NCBI GenBank assembly: GCA_015680685.1
Contig: MNCI01001630.1
Coordinates: 124,478 to 188,477 of the forward strand
From: Gnetum montanum
Taxonomy: Eukaryota; Plantae; Gnetophyta
DNA length: 64,000 nucleotides
Direction of reading: 5' to 3'
Under the pieces are notes generated by a model. That model did no database searches. It was not told the DNA's origin and saw nothing but the letters and a program-made list of their open reading frames with translations. How positions within the stretch are numbered: the first letter of the stretch is position 1; each line of letters starts with the position of its first letter. Positions 12,001-24,789 of this stretch are shown one piece after another. The translations under genes were made by a program, and so were the position numbers.

Positions 12001-14164
12001 TAAAACACCATCAATTTTGGGCTCTCATGATTCTCCAAGTGTGTTGTCACGCTAGGCCATGTAAATAGCTTGACACCCTAGAAGTCCTAATGCCTACAAA
12101 TTTGTGTCTGGGTGTGTCTACTACACTCTTCAGCATAGTTAGTGTAGCACCCAGTTACAAGGCCAATTTGCACAAATGGGGCACTAAGGGTGGACCATAT
12201 AGTTCAACAAATTGTCTATCTCCTGGGTTGTCAATCTTGCTACACTCTCTAGCTTGTCCAACTTGACACATATCCTAGTTGTCGATCTACCCAAGTGCTG
12301 AGCTAGGAGCTATCGAAAGTGTTAAGGATGGACTAAACAATTCAACAAGTTTTCTATCTATGGAACCTACTATGTTGCACAGCATAGCAGGCCAAGAGGT
12401 ACTAAAACTTTCCCAAGTGTTGGATCAGATACAAAAGGAGAATTTGACAATGATTTGGTCTTCAAGGATGCCTACCCTATTGCATCCTTGAAGTATGATC
12501 AACGTGGTAGAAAGAAAATATGGAAATTTTCACAAAAATCATTATTGTTTGCATGCTACATTGTGCTATGCTATGTAGCGTAGCGTAGCATAGCAGGATG
12601 TCAACAGTAACAGAAGTCTCCTTCAAGTTGTTTTAACACAAAAAATGCATCTAACCATTCTTCAACCTTTAGGGTTGCCTGTTCCACTTTGTCCCCAGAA
12701 CATGATAAAGATCCCATGATAGAGTAGTGCAAAATTCGTGCATGACCAAGTGCTACGCTGTGCTATGCAACACAGCATAGCAAGGATGTCAAGTGTAAAA
12801 GGTGTTCAAAAATGAAACTAGGAGATCGCAACCTCTTTCCACATGAAAAACATGGCTACCAATTATTGAAGTTACTTTCCTTGCTTGATTTCAGAATGGT
12901 ATTTTTAGTTCTTCTGAAAAAATTCATGCAAAAGGGGGGTGCTACCCTATGCTATGTTGCCTAGTGTAGCACAGTGTAGCAGGTTAGTGTTCATGCTACG
13001 CCGCTACACTAGGTAGCGTAAACAGTGTAACACTTGCGAAGAAGCCTCAGGACATTTCCAAAACCTCCAGAACTCATCATCGACTAGCATTTCTACTCTA
13101 GCATCTCCTCCAGCATCTCCTTGACTGCCAAAAATTAGCAATTTTCTTTATTTCTTACACCCCTTGTCAATCCTCAAAAGTTATCCCTATGCTTGACCTT
13201 ACTTGAAAGAGGGAAGACATAGTCCTAGAGCACAAGCTCCACTTTTCCTTTGTTGTATGCATTTTCTATCAAAATAGGGTGATTTTCTAGATTTTGATAC
13301 ATGTAGTTTAGGCAATATGGTCACAGTGTGGTAGATTATTCATTCCTATTCTTGTCCCATTCAACATAACATGTCAATGTAGCATCACCTCTTGAGCATA
13401 TCACATCAGCATGACACATGCACGTTCATGCTACATGGGGCCTAGGACACATGGTGCCCAAACCACGTCTTCCTCCCACTCTTTGCTCTATAAATACCCT
13501 AGCAAATGACATTCTAAGGGTTGGCTTTTGGTAGTAAGCTTTGGTAGAAAATTGGTGAGCAAAATATTAATGAGCAGCAAGTCCTAGCATTAGAGCCTCT
13601 AAAATCTCTTACCAACTCCCACACTCAAGTGTGACACCTATCCATAATGTAGCAGCTTTCAGCCCAGCAAGCATCAGCTCATTCATGCCTATCAACACCA
13701 CATCTGTAGCATTTTAGGAGCTATGACCATATTGTTCTATTGCCCAACTATGTTTGTCCAACACCACATACCGATTGTACACATTCATCATTCAATCAAG
13801 AGTCAAATTCCCCAATTTTGGGGCGGTGCATTTCTTTACTCAAACTCTCACTCCATTTTATTATAGCATATATGTTGCATCATCATGTATTTGTTAACAT
13901 TCATTGTTCTAGTTATTTACATTGATACGCTTCTATTCTTGGGAGTGCTACACTTTCTTTTATTCCAACCTCCACACCTTACATCCTAAAACTACTATTT
14001 CCAAACAGTTATTGGACACCACGTAAGTCCCTAGTTGATCAACCAGATAATTTACGACACCCCATTTCCATTTTCTCTAGCACAACCCTCCCATGGACTC
14101 AGGGCTAGGCTATGCACCTGATAACCTCTCAGTGTTCTAGCCACTAATGTTTTTAGATGCTACA
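12001..14164 (+). repeat. 5' LTR of B
   Basis: TAAAACACCATC (TG>TA) ... GCTACA; direct repeat of 46386-48526; TATAAATA at 13489-13496. Confidence 0.93.
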
Positions 14165-14169
14165 GTTTT

Positions 14170-14197
14170 TTGTGCTAGAAGGAGGGCCTGAACCTCC
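14170..14197 (+). other. PBS (tRNA-Asn type) of B
   Basis: TTGTGCTAGAAGGAGGGCCTGAACCTCC resembles TGGCGCTAGAAGGAGGGGTCGAACCTCC, the complement of the plant tRNA-Asn(GUU) 3' end as I recall it. Confidence 0.8.
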
Positions 14198-14456
14198 AGG
14201 TTTCTTCTGTGTGCCACGGCTAGTCCTACATGCTTTCTATTCCCTATCACTGGTAACCTACTAGCATAGACGTGACACCCCTATGGTTTTCTACATACGA
14301 TTGGTGTAGATTGGCCCCATCAGGCTGTTCCTTTGGAACCCTGTAGGACAAAAGCCTAAAAACTGTCTACTACATTATGCTTTCTATGTCCTGCGTAGCG
14401 TAGCAACCCCATTAGCATAGCAGGGTCTTCCTTAGCATAGCAAGTGTAATAGGAAG

Positions 14457-16700
14457 ATGAATCCTACTAGCACTTCAATTTCCACCTTGAATTTAGAGGC
14501 ATCCTACTCTGTTCAACACATGGGGAACCTTGAGTGATCAACCAGCCCAATGCAGATACCATGAAAGTCTCTTAAGCTACAATAGTAGTCACCCGAATGT
14601 CTACCTCATGACGAAGAGTAGTATAACTTTCTATGTGCAAAGATCCAAGAGAACCTCCTGTTGGATCATCACGAACTTGAGGAAAAATGTAACTTTGAAA
14701 TCATTCACTGAAATGAAAGGGAGTTCCTTCCTACTTCTAATACGATTATCCCACTTACTAAAACGTTCCAATGGCTTTTAGCCCAACTTATGCAATTGAG
14801 TAAGTTAAGAGAATGACACAACATCTCACTATGATGAACCTCTTCATGATGGGAAAGAGGAGTTAGAATCCCACTCTAAAGGTGATGGTCCAATCTATGG
14901 CATAGCTACCCCATCTACTTCTATCTTTTTTTCACACCAGTCACAATCTTCTGCCTCTTTTATGACTACCACAACACTGTCACAACCTATATCCTCCTTG
15001 GTGATGGGTAGTCATCAAATGCTATCAGCACAATAGCATGTCAGGCCTTCAACCTCATTTCCCTTTACCATTCCTTCCCAGTCTATTCAAGTCCCACAAC
15101 CAACGTCTGTGAGGCCTACGCTACCCTACATGCATACCATGTCCATATCATAGCCGTATACAAGTCCTACTCCTATTACCTCTTCTATACCCATTTCATC
15201 CTTAGTAGTAGGCCCCCCCTCAACTGCATGGTGGCCAGCAATGTCTCTTCCTACAGTTCAAGCATCTCAGGTACCACAATATGTGTAGCCCCACATGTAT
15301 CAAGCACCACACGTGGTGAAATCAACCATAGGGTTGTGGGCCACTCCAGCAACTAGGCAAGTAACCATCCCTATGGTACAACACCAATAGCACCATCAAC
15401 GATGGCTACTTCGATAGCTCCCCAAGCAATCCAACTCACGCAACCTCCTATTACACCCTTAGGCCTAGATCAAGCCTTTTAGCTTATTTAGATCCTTACT
15501 AATGAAGTTAAGTGGGTTAAGGTGGTTGGTTCTAAAATAGTCCAAGTCATGGACTTTTACCAAGATGACCCAATTAGCCCAGTTTTTCCTTCTCTTACAC
15601 TACCTCCTGGGTTACAACTTCCCTAGTTCACAAAATATAATGGAGAGGCCAGTCCAAACACCCACCTGGTTACTTTTAGGTCTGAATCCCTATTACTACA
15701 ACCATGGATTCATGTCATCATTTGTGTTTTTTCCATGTCCTTAATAAGCAAGGTTTTAGACTAGTACTATGCGCTTCCTCGTGCTTCCATTTCGACATTA
15801 GAAGAATTGTTAAGTTAGTTTGTGACTCATTTCACGTATAACGTGAAGCTAGAAGTCACTTTAGACCAACTTATGAATGTTAAATAGGAACCATTAGAGC
15901 TTGTACAAAAGTTCATACAATGTTGAAGTGCTATCCTAAATGAGATTCGCAAACCAATTGCCGAGGCCCACCTACTGGCCATTTTCAAGGGTGCATTAAA
16001 CAATTTTATCAAATCCAAACTATATTACTTGGCTCCACATTCCCATAGCCAAGCATTTGCTCAAACCAAAAGCATTCAGGATGTAGAAGAGGCTAGTAGG
16101 GATCTAGCTTATATAGCTTATAGAAACACACATACAAAAAAGGACAAGGAAAAAGGAAAGGTTGTGATAACCACAGTGGCCGCAGTGGCTAATGAGGCCA
16201 AGCCCAACAATGGTAAACATATCACCAAAGCATCTAAAATGCCAACACTAACTAATAAAACACCCAACTCTAGTAACACTAGTCAACCCCCAACATTAAC
16301 ATCCATAGCACAAACTTTGTCAAGGTCAAATTTTGAGCGCAAAGATCGCTCGAAGTATACCCCACTAATAATTAAGCCATCAAAGCTTTTGAATGAATTT
16401 TTGGGGGCTAGGCGTATCCAACATAAGAAAATGTCAGAGGAAGCCCTTAAATGTCACAAGAGTTACTATGAAGTCCTTCGAAACCCTTCTTTGGTTATGC
16501 CCAATGAACCACTAGTACCCAAGAACTTTAGATTAGAGCGTTTTTGTGATTATCATTAATTGTGTGGGCATGACACCGATTATTATTTGGCACTAAAATA
16601 TGACATTTAGCAAATGATCAATCAAGGTAAGTTGGTCCTTGATGAGAGTAGTCTTGTCCAACCTAAAAATCAATCAATGAATGTCTATAAAGATCCATTG
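14457..16700 (+). pseudogene. gag: gag of B
   Basis: Long S/T/P-rich N-terminus, then LP.FTKYNGEASPNTHL..F, (W)YYALPRASISTLEEL, and a Tat-type knuckle FCDYH.LCGHDT. Confidence 0.85.
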
Positions 16701-17300
16701 GGTGTCAACAGTGAGAGTTATACCATTAATTCCATCGACATTGATGATGATGTTAAATCATGACATGAGCCATTTGTGATTTATGTACACCCTCGTGATG
16801 TTGAAGCCTTAATACCAACCAAGCCACTAACCCCTTTTTTCATTAATGTCTCTCCAAAGACATTTATTACACCCTTTGGACTTAAGACTACACCATGTGC
16901 CACTACAAAAACTTAGGCACCTTTCGTTATCAAGGTGCCAAAGCATGCGAATTCCCCTGCTACCGAAAGTCTAGTACTGGGAACTACATCTCATCCTTCT
17001 CATCCAAGAAAACATGAGAAACACCTAGCAGATAAGTTGGCTAGAGAACACACTACATTGGGCCCCCCTAAGCCCACCCCCTTGTTGGTAGTTCCCATGG
17101 CCTCTTCAGCAAAAGCCATTGGTAGCAACACACACATGCAACCATTGCCCCCCAATCCAAAAGGAAAAAATATTTTTTAGTTTGAAGCCACTCCTCCTTG
17201 AAAAATACGCCTTTTAGGGTGTTTGGAAGAAGCAAAAATCAGCAAATAGCTAGATAGTGGACAGGATTTCCTAGATGCCCTTTCACAGGTTAGACAAGCT

Positions 17301-18155
17301 TTGAGAAAAATGAACACAACCCTAAGCCTATATGATTTAGTAATGACTTTTGCAGCACACCATGAGGCTTTGGTTTGCATGTTAGCATCTATTCCTATTA
17401 GCGAAAACATGCCAACCAAGGAGAAGGCCATTCATGCTATTATGCTTCCACCCATGGCTGAGGAACCACAGCCAATCCATTCGATGTTTCATGACAAAGC
17501 CATTAAAGTTGACCCTGAAAAGGGCCAGGTAACAACTTTCCCCATGTTTATCACAATTCATGTAGGTCACTACAAGATCCAGATTGTGCACATCAATGAT
17601 GGGGCTACAACTAATGTGATTCCATTTCCCATCATTGACAAGTTAGGCCTAGTAGATCAAATTAATCCCACAGCAACTTCCTGTTTAAAGTCATTCAATA
17701 GGGTACATGTTGTGGTTAAGGGGATTGTTACTATCAATTTCATGGTGAGGGACCAGTTTCTCACTAGTGCAAAATTTATAGTGGTAGAAAAGATGCCAAG
17801 GTTTAACTTGATCTTGGGAAGATCGTGGTTAGCCCAATTAAGGGTTGTCTCCTCACCTATACACCAAGAAATCCACGTATCCTACGTTGGTGGAGAGATG
17901 GTGATTTTCGGTGATGAAGTAGCCTCTCAATATTTAAACAATATAGACGTAGAGAAGGGGTCAGAGATAGAAGTCTCTAAAAATGTATCACCTATCCATG
18001 TTGAAATCCTAGGCTTGATAAATGAGTCGATCAAAACCACCAACTTAGACGAAGAAGCCACGTGGGTCAAATTGCCCTTCCAAATGGTAGACAACAGCAT
18101 AGAGGAATATCACTGTAAGGCTTCCTAGCCATATGCCTTGCCTAGCCCACATCAA
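17301..18155 (+). pseudogene. aspartic protease region of B
   Basis: VHINDGATTNVIP (VDEGATTNVIP in C) ... FNLILGRSWL..LRVVSSPIHQ. Confidence 0.9.
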
Positions 18156-18299
18156 GTTAGGAAACAATTGCATGATTAGAGTCTACCTCCACTTTACTTT
18201 TATGAATTTTTTTCTTTAATACTTTTGTCTATATAGTCTCTATTTTGCATTAAGTTTGTCGTTTGCATTATCTTCGCCACTGGCATTAGTTACCTTATG

Positions 18300-18470
18300 A
18301 GATGGTCCAAAATGGCCTTAAACTATCACAATGTCCCACTAAGGCCTAAAACTGGCAACTCTACTTTCAAAAATTATCTAGCATGGCCCAAAATAGCCCT
18401 AAACTAGCGATGGCCCGAAATGACCCTAAACTAGCATATGGCCCAAAATAGCCTAAAACTAGAACATGGG
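18300..18470 (+). repeat. tandem array, ~28-30 bp unit (ATGGCCCAAAATGGCCTTAAACTAGC)
   Basis: About 5-6 visible copies; the counterpart in C is 34842-35170. Confidence 0.85.
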
Positions 18471-18666
18471 GCCCATAAGAGGCCCAAGTGCATCAAAAAC
18501 AAAAAAACTATATGTAATATTAACCAAAGAAAATAAGATAAGCATCTCATGTGTCATTAAATTTCAAATATATAATCCAAATTAAAGTCCATATTTAAGA
18601 TTGGTAACATTGCCTCATAACAAGGGGTTACAAGTTAAAGAAATAAGGAAATGTTTTGTCAATAGG

Positions 18667-21600
18667 CTACAAGTCTTTGCCGGTATCTTTATCTCCTGCT
18701 CCACTAGGTCCTGCATCTTCAATTGGGTCCTATATAAAATAATAACAAAATAGACTATGATATAGTAAAGCTTGGCTAACCTAAGATAGGCCTGTGTCCA
18801 TCTCTAGGGGTATTTTGTCAAGACCAACTACTAAGTAGCAAAGAATCTCTTCTTCAATTAAGTTGGTCCAATCTTCTTCCCCTAGATCAATGCTCACCGC
18901 AATCTTTCCCTTCTCCATAACTATCCATGTGGGTGGCCCCAAGGAAAAGGTGGTAATAGTGGTCTCCCCAAAAGGTAAGGTTACCTATTTTGTGAATTTT
19001 TCATAGGCCCAAGTGGCACCAATTACATCAAGAAATAGTTCATGAGTGTGACATTCTACAAATACATCTATATACTGTTGGTGATAGGTGGCATGTTCCA
19101 TCTTATACATGTGTTTATGATTTTTCTGTGCCTACCCCCACTTGTATACTTTGGCACTATAATCCTTCTAATCTTGATTTTTCTAGGCCAACAAATCCAT
19201 TTGCACGTGTTGTTTGATTACTTCCCAGGTGGCCTCATTCTTGCGTCATACGGCCAACTAGTATCTAGCATAATCAATTACAGTCGTACGTCAACTACCA
19301 TCCAAAGTATCACAAGCCACTAAGAACTCATTCCTTGACCGTAGATCTTCCAGTTCAATCACTTAACTAGATTTCTCCTTTTCAAGTTTCTAGACCCATT
19401 TCTAGAGGTCTTAGGTAACATGCCTACACTCCCACAAGGATCGTGCCAAGTAAAGGGCACATTTACTTGCCTCCTTGTATATATCACGAGGCACCTCGAT
19501 TACCTCTAGAGGGAGCTCAGGCATAGTTTCAACTTCAACTATCTATTGTGGATCCCACTTGAGTTGAGAAGCTAGTAATCATACATAAAGAAGCGTTAAT
19601 CACTAAATGATAGTAAAAATACAATAACGTAGAGGACAAACATTGTACTTCAAACGCATCTATCTTGGGGTCAATTTGCCTTAAGCAATCAATCATGTCA
19701 TCAACTATCCCCTCCATAAAGGTAAACTTATCAAGTGTTTCTGTCCATGGCTCTAGGAAAAAGGAAGAAGAAGATTCAAGTCCCTTAGTAGTAGTGTCCA
19801 CTGTATAGTAAAAGCACATTAGCATTATGAAAAAGAGGGATAGAAAAGAGAGAAGTAACATAAACGATAGTGTAAAGCTCCTACCTAGCAAACCCACAGG
19901 GATGAGAGTAGGGGGATCATCCATTGACACATTGTTAAACAAATCATCAAACTCACTGGCCTCAAACTGTATCCCCTCTTCTTCAATCTACCTTAAAAGT
20001 GTAGTAGCATCTTCAACCATCATGTGACCTTCAGGTTCTGGGGCACAACCCACAAGAGGTCCCTCTGTAGTAGGGACCTCTTGTTCTGCAGTAGGGGCCT
20101 CCTCCTCTATGGCAGTGGCCTCCTCCTCTTCTTCTATAGCAGGAGCCCCCACCTCAAGGGTGGAGACATCTTCTTCATCTGCTAAGTATAAGCCAAAGTT
20201 GGGATGCTAGTTCAACATGTGCATACACCAAAAAATGAAAAATTTAAATTATTTTTAATAAGCAATAGAATTAAACAATACTCACTAGCAAGCATAGATT
20301 ACATGTTACAAACTCTGATTCGCAAGCTTTTGCCTCTTTCTTCACTTATGCATGGAGGCTCTTCTACAGGATGAGATTTCTTACGTTGCAATTTTGACTT
20401 CACAGTTTCAGCAATAAGGTATGCCCCCCTTACCACATTTCTTGTTTTAGTGAGGGGGGCCCTTCCAACGTTGTCTTGAGAATAAAAGGATGATCCCACC
20501 TAATCCCTTGTTATTATTGAGAAGGACTCCCCAATAGTTTCCAAGGGGTCCTGGGATCAAGTAGTGCAGAATACCTAGCAGATCCATGGTTTGGATATCT
20601 GGGTACAATCTTGTAACACCTAGATCCCATTCTCCTAGACCACCAAGAATTCAGCAAACTATCGTAAACAAGCTACAAAAAACACAAAGTGCACATTAAA
20701 ATGTGAATAAATCTTGCCACGGAGCTTAACCATCTCAGCCCGCAAGCCTTCTGAAAGATATTTTTCAAAATTATAATGAGTCCCCTCCTCCATGATATCC
20801 CTCATAATCCAAGCTTGTTCTATGCCAAGAATTTTCCCTTGGGAGAGTAACTTGGGGAAGGCATGAGCCCAGAAGATAGGGTAAATTTTATGGGCCATAT
20901 TTAGTTTAACCTTGTTCATATAAATCCCCTTTGGATCTTTGTTGGTCCCTAACCATTCTTCTATGTTCCCTCAATGGTTTACATCTTTACCAGTCTTATC
21001 CCCTATGGGTAGACCATTAGAAGGAACACTGAAGAGATCTGCAAAGAGGTTGTTAGCGATCTCAAATACCACCCACACATTATGGACCCATGTGTGAAAG
21101 TGGTCAGCCTTTTGTTAAAAGAATCAACAAGGGAGAGCATTTCCATAGCCAAAATGCTTAGATTTATTACCAAAAATAGGTCCATGAGCCCAGCCTCTTT
21201 GACCTTCTAACCAATCATAGTTGAAGCCTCACTACATAGCCAACGTTGTGCCTCATCAACTTCACTATACTTAAAAGAAGAGGTTAGTTTCGTCATGACC
21301 TAAGCTGATTACTGTAACCTCTTTGGACTCATCCATTACTGTAATAATCAAGAACAAAATTAACAAAAAGAAAAAACAAAATCAATCACTTGAGCACATA
21401 AAAAAAAGTGCATGATCTAACCCACCAGGTGTGAATGGCATAGGGAATGATGGGATTTTCACTAGAACTTCTTCCACGATAGGTACTCTGCAGGATGCCC
21501 ATTCCCCATCCAACCATCCAAGTTCTTTACACTTCAGATAGAACTTAGTGTACTTGGTTGGATAGGTTCTGAATTTGGCCCCAAGCTATTCTATGACATC

Positions 21601-23300
21601 AACACACACATTCTCAGCAAAAGAGAACTCTTGTAAGGCTATTTGAGCCAATGCCAATCTCCCCTCTTTATTGTGAAGACCATCCTTGTCAATTACAATC
21701 CTGGCAACATATAGAATATAATAAGCATTCCAAATATGCAAGACAAATGATGTAACATGTCTAAGTATCTTCATAGGAGTCACCTGCCAACATAGTAGAT
21801 GGTCCCCAATGGGTTCTAGAAGAAGGTCCCCATGTGGCAGGCAACAAACAATGTGTTATACTTATGATAGCACTTAAATTCAGGCATGGCCCAAACCCAA
21901 GATAAGCGTCTCAAGCCTCTCGGATACTGACTTAACCCCCTTTCCCCTTCACCTTCAGTAGACCCATCTTCCATAAACTTCATAATGCCTCAGTTTGCCC
22001 CAGGCAATAATGTTTCAACCAAAACATTGGCTACCTCGGTCAATAAGTGTGTCTATACCATCACACTAAAGTGATGAAGGAGGAATCCTACAAACTCCCG
22101 CATGCCTTCTCAAAACCAGACCACTTGATCCCTTACTCGTGCATGGGGAGGGGGAATGTTAGCCATAGGGGCACTTAGACAACACAAAACCCCTACTAGC
22201 ATGATCATGATCAAGATGGATTTCAACATAACCCTGCATGGTATAACGAAAGAACGTTAGTTTACAATTAGAAGAAAGACCTTTTTTCCAAATATCAGTT
22301 ACTATGTAGCATAGCAACTCCCTTCTACATAAATTCTTCTAAGTATAAGACATTGTTAGGCAACATAACAATTACAACATTCCGCACAGCGTAGTAGCTA
22401 CGTCACACGCAGCATAGCGAAGTAGCGCATGACATAGTGTAACAGGTACACCCTATGCAGCATAGCACCTACGTCACATGCAGTGTACCAAAGTAGCACG
22501 TGACATATTGTAACAAGTACATCCTATGTAGCGTAGTGGCTGCATCATGCATAGCATAGTGGAGTAGCACGTGACACAACGTAACAGGTATGCACTACAC
22601 GACATAGCAACTACACCACGCATAGCATAGCAGAGTAGCACGTGACATAGCATAATGGGTATATCCCTCATAGTGTAGTGGCTACATTATGCATAGTGCA
22701 ATAGTTAGGCCATGCATAGTGTAGCAGCTACATCATGCACAGCGTAGAAATGTGACAGCATAGTGTGAAAAACACCAAAAACATGACATAGCCTGTCAAT
22801 CATGCTACCAAAGGCAACGCAACTACACAACATTTGCACAACCCCAGCCCTGTTCCATTGCATAGGATCTAACAAAAAGTAAACCAAAACCCTCTCCACC
22901 TATGCTATGCTACCTGGGATGTGTCTTGCACTACCTAGAAACCTCCAAATCCAAAACCCTCTAAACCTCAAAATGGTACATCGCCCCACCCATAACAATG
23001 GTGTTCGTGGCAACGACACGCAACAATAGTAGCATAGCAATCAAGGTGGCGGTTAAGGCAATAACAACAACAGTTACAACGAAGCAATGCTAATGGTCGT
23101 AGTCACTGGGGTGCAGTGATGACAACAACAACCCCACCTAATAAACCGAATAACATAAACAAAGGCAGTGTAGCCACTTACCGGGTAGACGATGCCTCCT
23201 ATCATTCCTCCATGCATGCCTTGGGAAGACATTGCAAGCTACATTCCCCTTCATCCACATTGGTGAGACCCTAATGTCTATGCTCACTCCTCCATGCCAT
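18667..23300 (-). pseudogene. antisense multi-exon accessory gene of B
   Basis: ATG at 23300, stop at 18667-18669. GT-AG introns at 23181-22234, 21783-21701, 21425-21339, ~20285-20207, 19884-19801, ~19643-19572 and 18780-18730. Exon peptides match C. Confidence 0.8.
22360..22780. repeat. degenerate tandem array of GTAGC/CATAGC-rich units in intron 1 of the antisense gene
   Basis: Recurrent GTAGCACGTGACATAG / GTAGTGGCTACAT units; the counterpart in C is 30560-30940. Confidence 0.8.
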
Positions 23301-23429
23301 TGTCCTGACGTCAAACTGGGGTATCTCAATCATTACGGTACAACTACTACGCTATCTCTTTGAACTACACTATGCTATGGGTTGCTGGCTCTGATGGTAA
23401 AAATGATAGGTTTACCATGGGTGAACCCC

Positions 23430-23437
23430 TATTTATA
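23430..23437 (-). promoter_or_regulatory. TATA box of the antisense gene (B)
   Basis: GGCTATAAATAGGGG on the minus strand ~130 nt upstream of the ATG; identical in C at 29819. Confidence 0.7.
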
Positions 23438-23837
23438 GCCTTCAGGGTTACTGGATGTTACATTTTCAGGATTTCCTACATCCCGTGCATAACATGGGAC
23501 ACCCCATGCCCAACGTGTAATGTAGGACACCCCATGTCCAGCGCGTAACACGAGACACCCCATATTCCCTGTAGTGTAGCAACTTTCAAGCTTAGTAATG
23601 GTCTGTTATGACCTTAAATTGGAAAATTTGGAGTTCCTTTTATAATTTTTCAAAGTGACGGTCCACCAAGACCTTAAATTGGTGACTTTGACATATAATT
23701 TTTCATGGTCATGGTCTATTAAGACCTTAAACTGGCAATCATGTAACATTGCATAATTACCTTGCATATATTTCATGTCATGTTGCTATATTAAGCAGGT
23801 ATCACTTGACATCTATTTGTTTTACTTATTCTTGTAG

Positions 23838-24789
23838 GAGTGCTTTGAAAATGGCTATGCATTCTTATCTCCATTTGCCCTTAATCCTAACAGGGCCTCA
23901 TGGTAGATTTATGAGACACTTGAGTGTAGAGCTAGTAGACTTTGAACCATCCCCTTGTGACACCAACATAGCATCTTTAGAAACATCCCTGGACTTTCCC
24001 AAACATCTGGTCCAAGCCTTAGATTTAGAGGCCAATGATGTAACTAAGGACCCCCTTATTGAAATCATCATGACTACACCTACAGGTGAGGCGAGAATGT
24101 TAAAGGTCAACTCTCTACTAGAGCCACAAGTTCAACAAGACATCTCTAAAGTCCTCAATGATAATGCCAAAGTGTATGGATGTTCATATGAAGATATGAT
24201 AGGCTTAGACCCATGCATCATACAACACAATATCATCCTAGATTCACATGTCAAGGTGGTCAAACAAAAAGCCCGCAAGGTTAAACCGGAGATCACCTTA
24301 GTTGTATGTGATGAAATCACCAAACTTTATTAGGCTAGTTTCATTTGGGAAGTTGATTACTTGGATTGGGTATCAAACATTGTATTCATTTCTAAAAAAA
24401 TTGGAGGTATACGAATTTGTATAGACTTTCGAGATTTGAATAAGGCAACGATTAAGGATGATTTCCTATTGCCTAGTATCAACCAACTTATCGATACTAT
24501 GGTAGGCCATGCCTTACTATCCTTCATGGATGGATTCTTAGGCTACACTCAAATCCACATATATCTAGAACATCAATTAGACACTACCTTTATGACCCAT
24601 TGGAAAACCTTCTATTGCATGATAATGACCTTCGGGCTAAAAAATGCTGAAGCAACATATCAAAGGACAATGACTTACATTTTTAGTGACTATCTTTTGG
24701 AAAAGCTAAATGATTATGTGGATGATATAGCCATTAAATCTAAGAAATCCCTTGATCACATAAATTACATAAACTTTGTCTTTCAACAT
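23838..24789 (+). pseudogene. pol: pol of B: RT N-terminal part
   Basis: DMIGLDP..WVSNIVFISKKIGGIRICIDFRDLNKA..SFMDGFLGYTQI..FGLKNAEATYQR..YVDDI; cut by C. Confidence 0.92.

Larger units (their letters stand above)
18156..23837 (+). other. putative long PR-RT intron of B
   Basis: GTTAGG after the last protease-region codon; pyrimidine tract plus TTGTAG just before the ORF leading into RT. The same sites are present in C. Confidence 0.6.

Noticed and set aside
12070-12491. ORFs in the U3 part of the B and C LTRs (12279-12491, 46664-46918, 26747-27004, 41789-42022)
   Set aside because: The B-vs-C alignment has no indels over ~290 nt, but my manual mismatch count by codon position (about 34/30/26) shows no periodicity. 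The similarity is explained by LTR homology.
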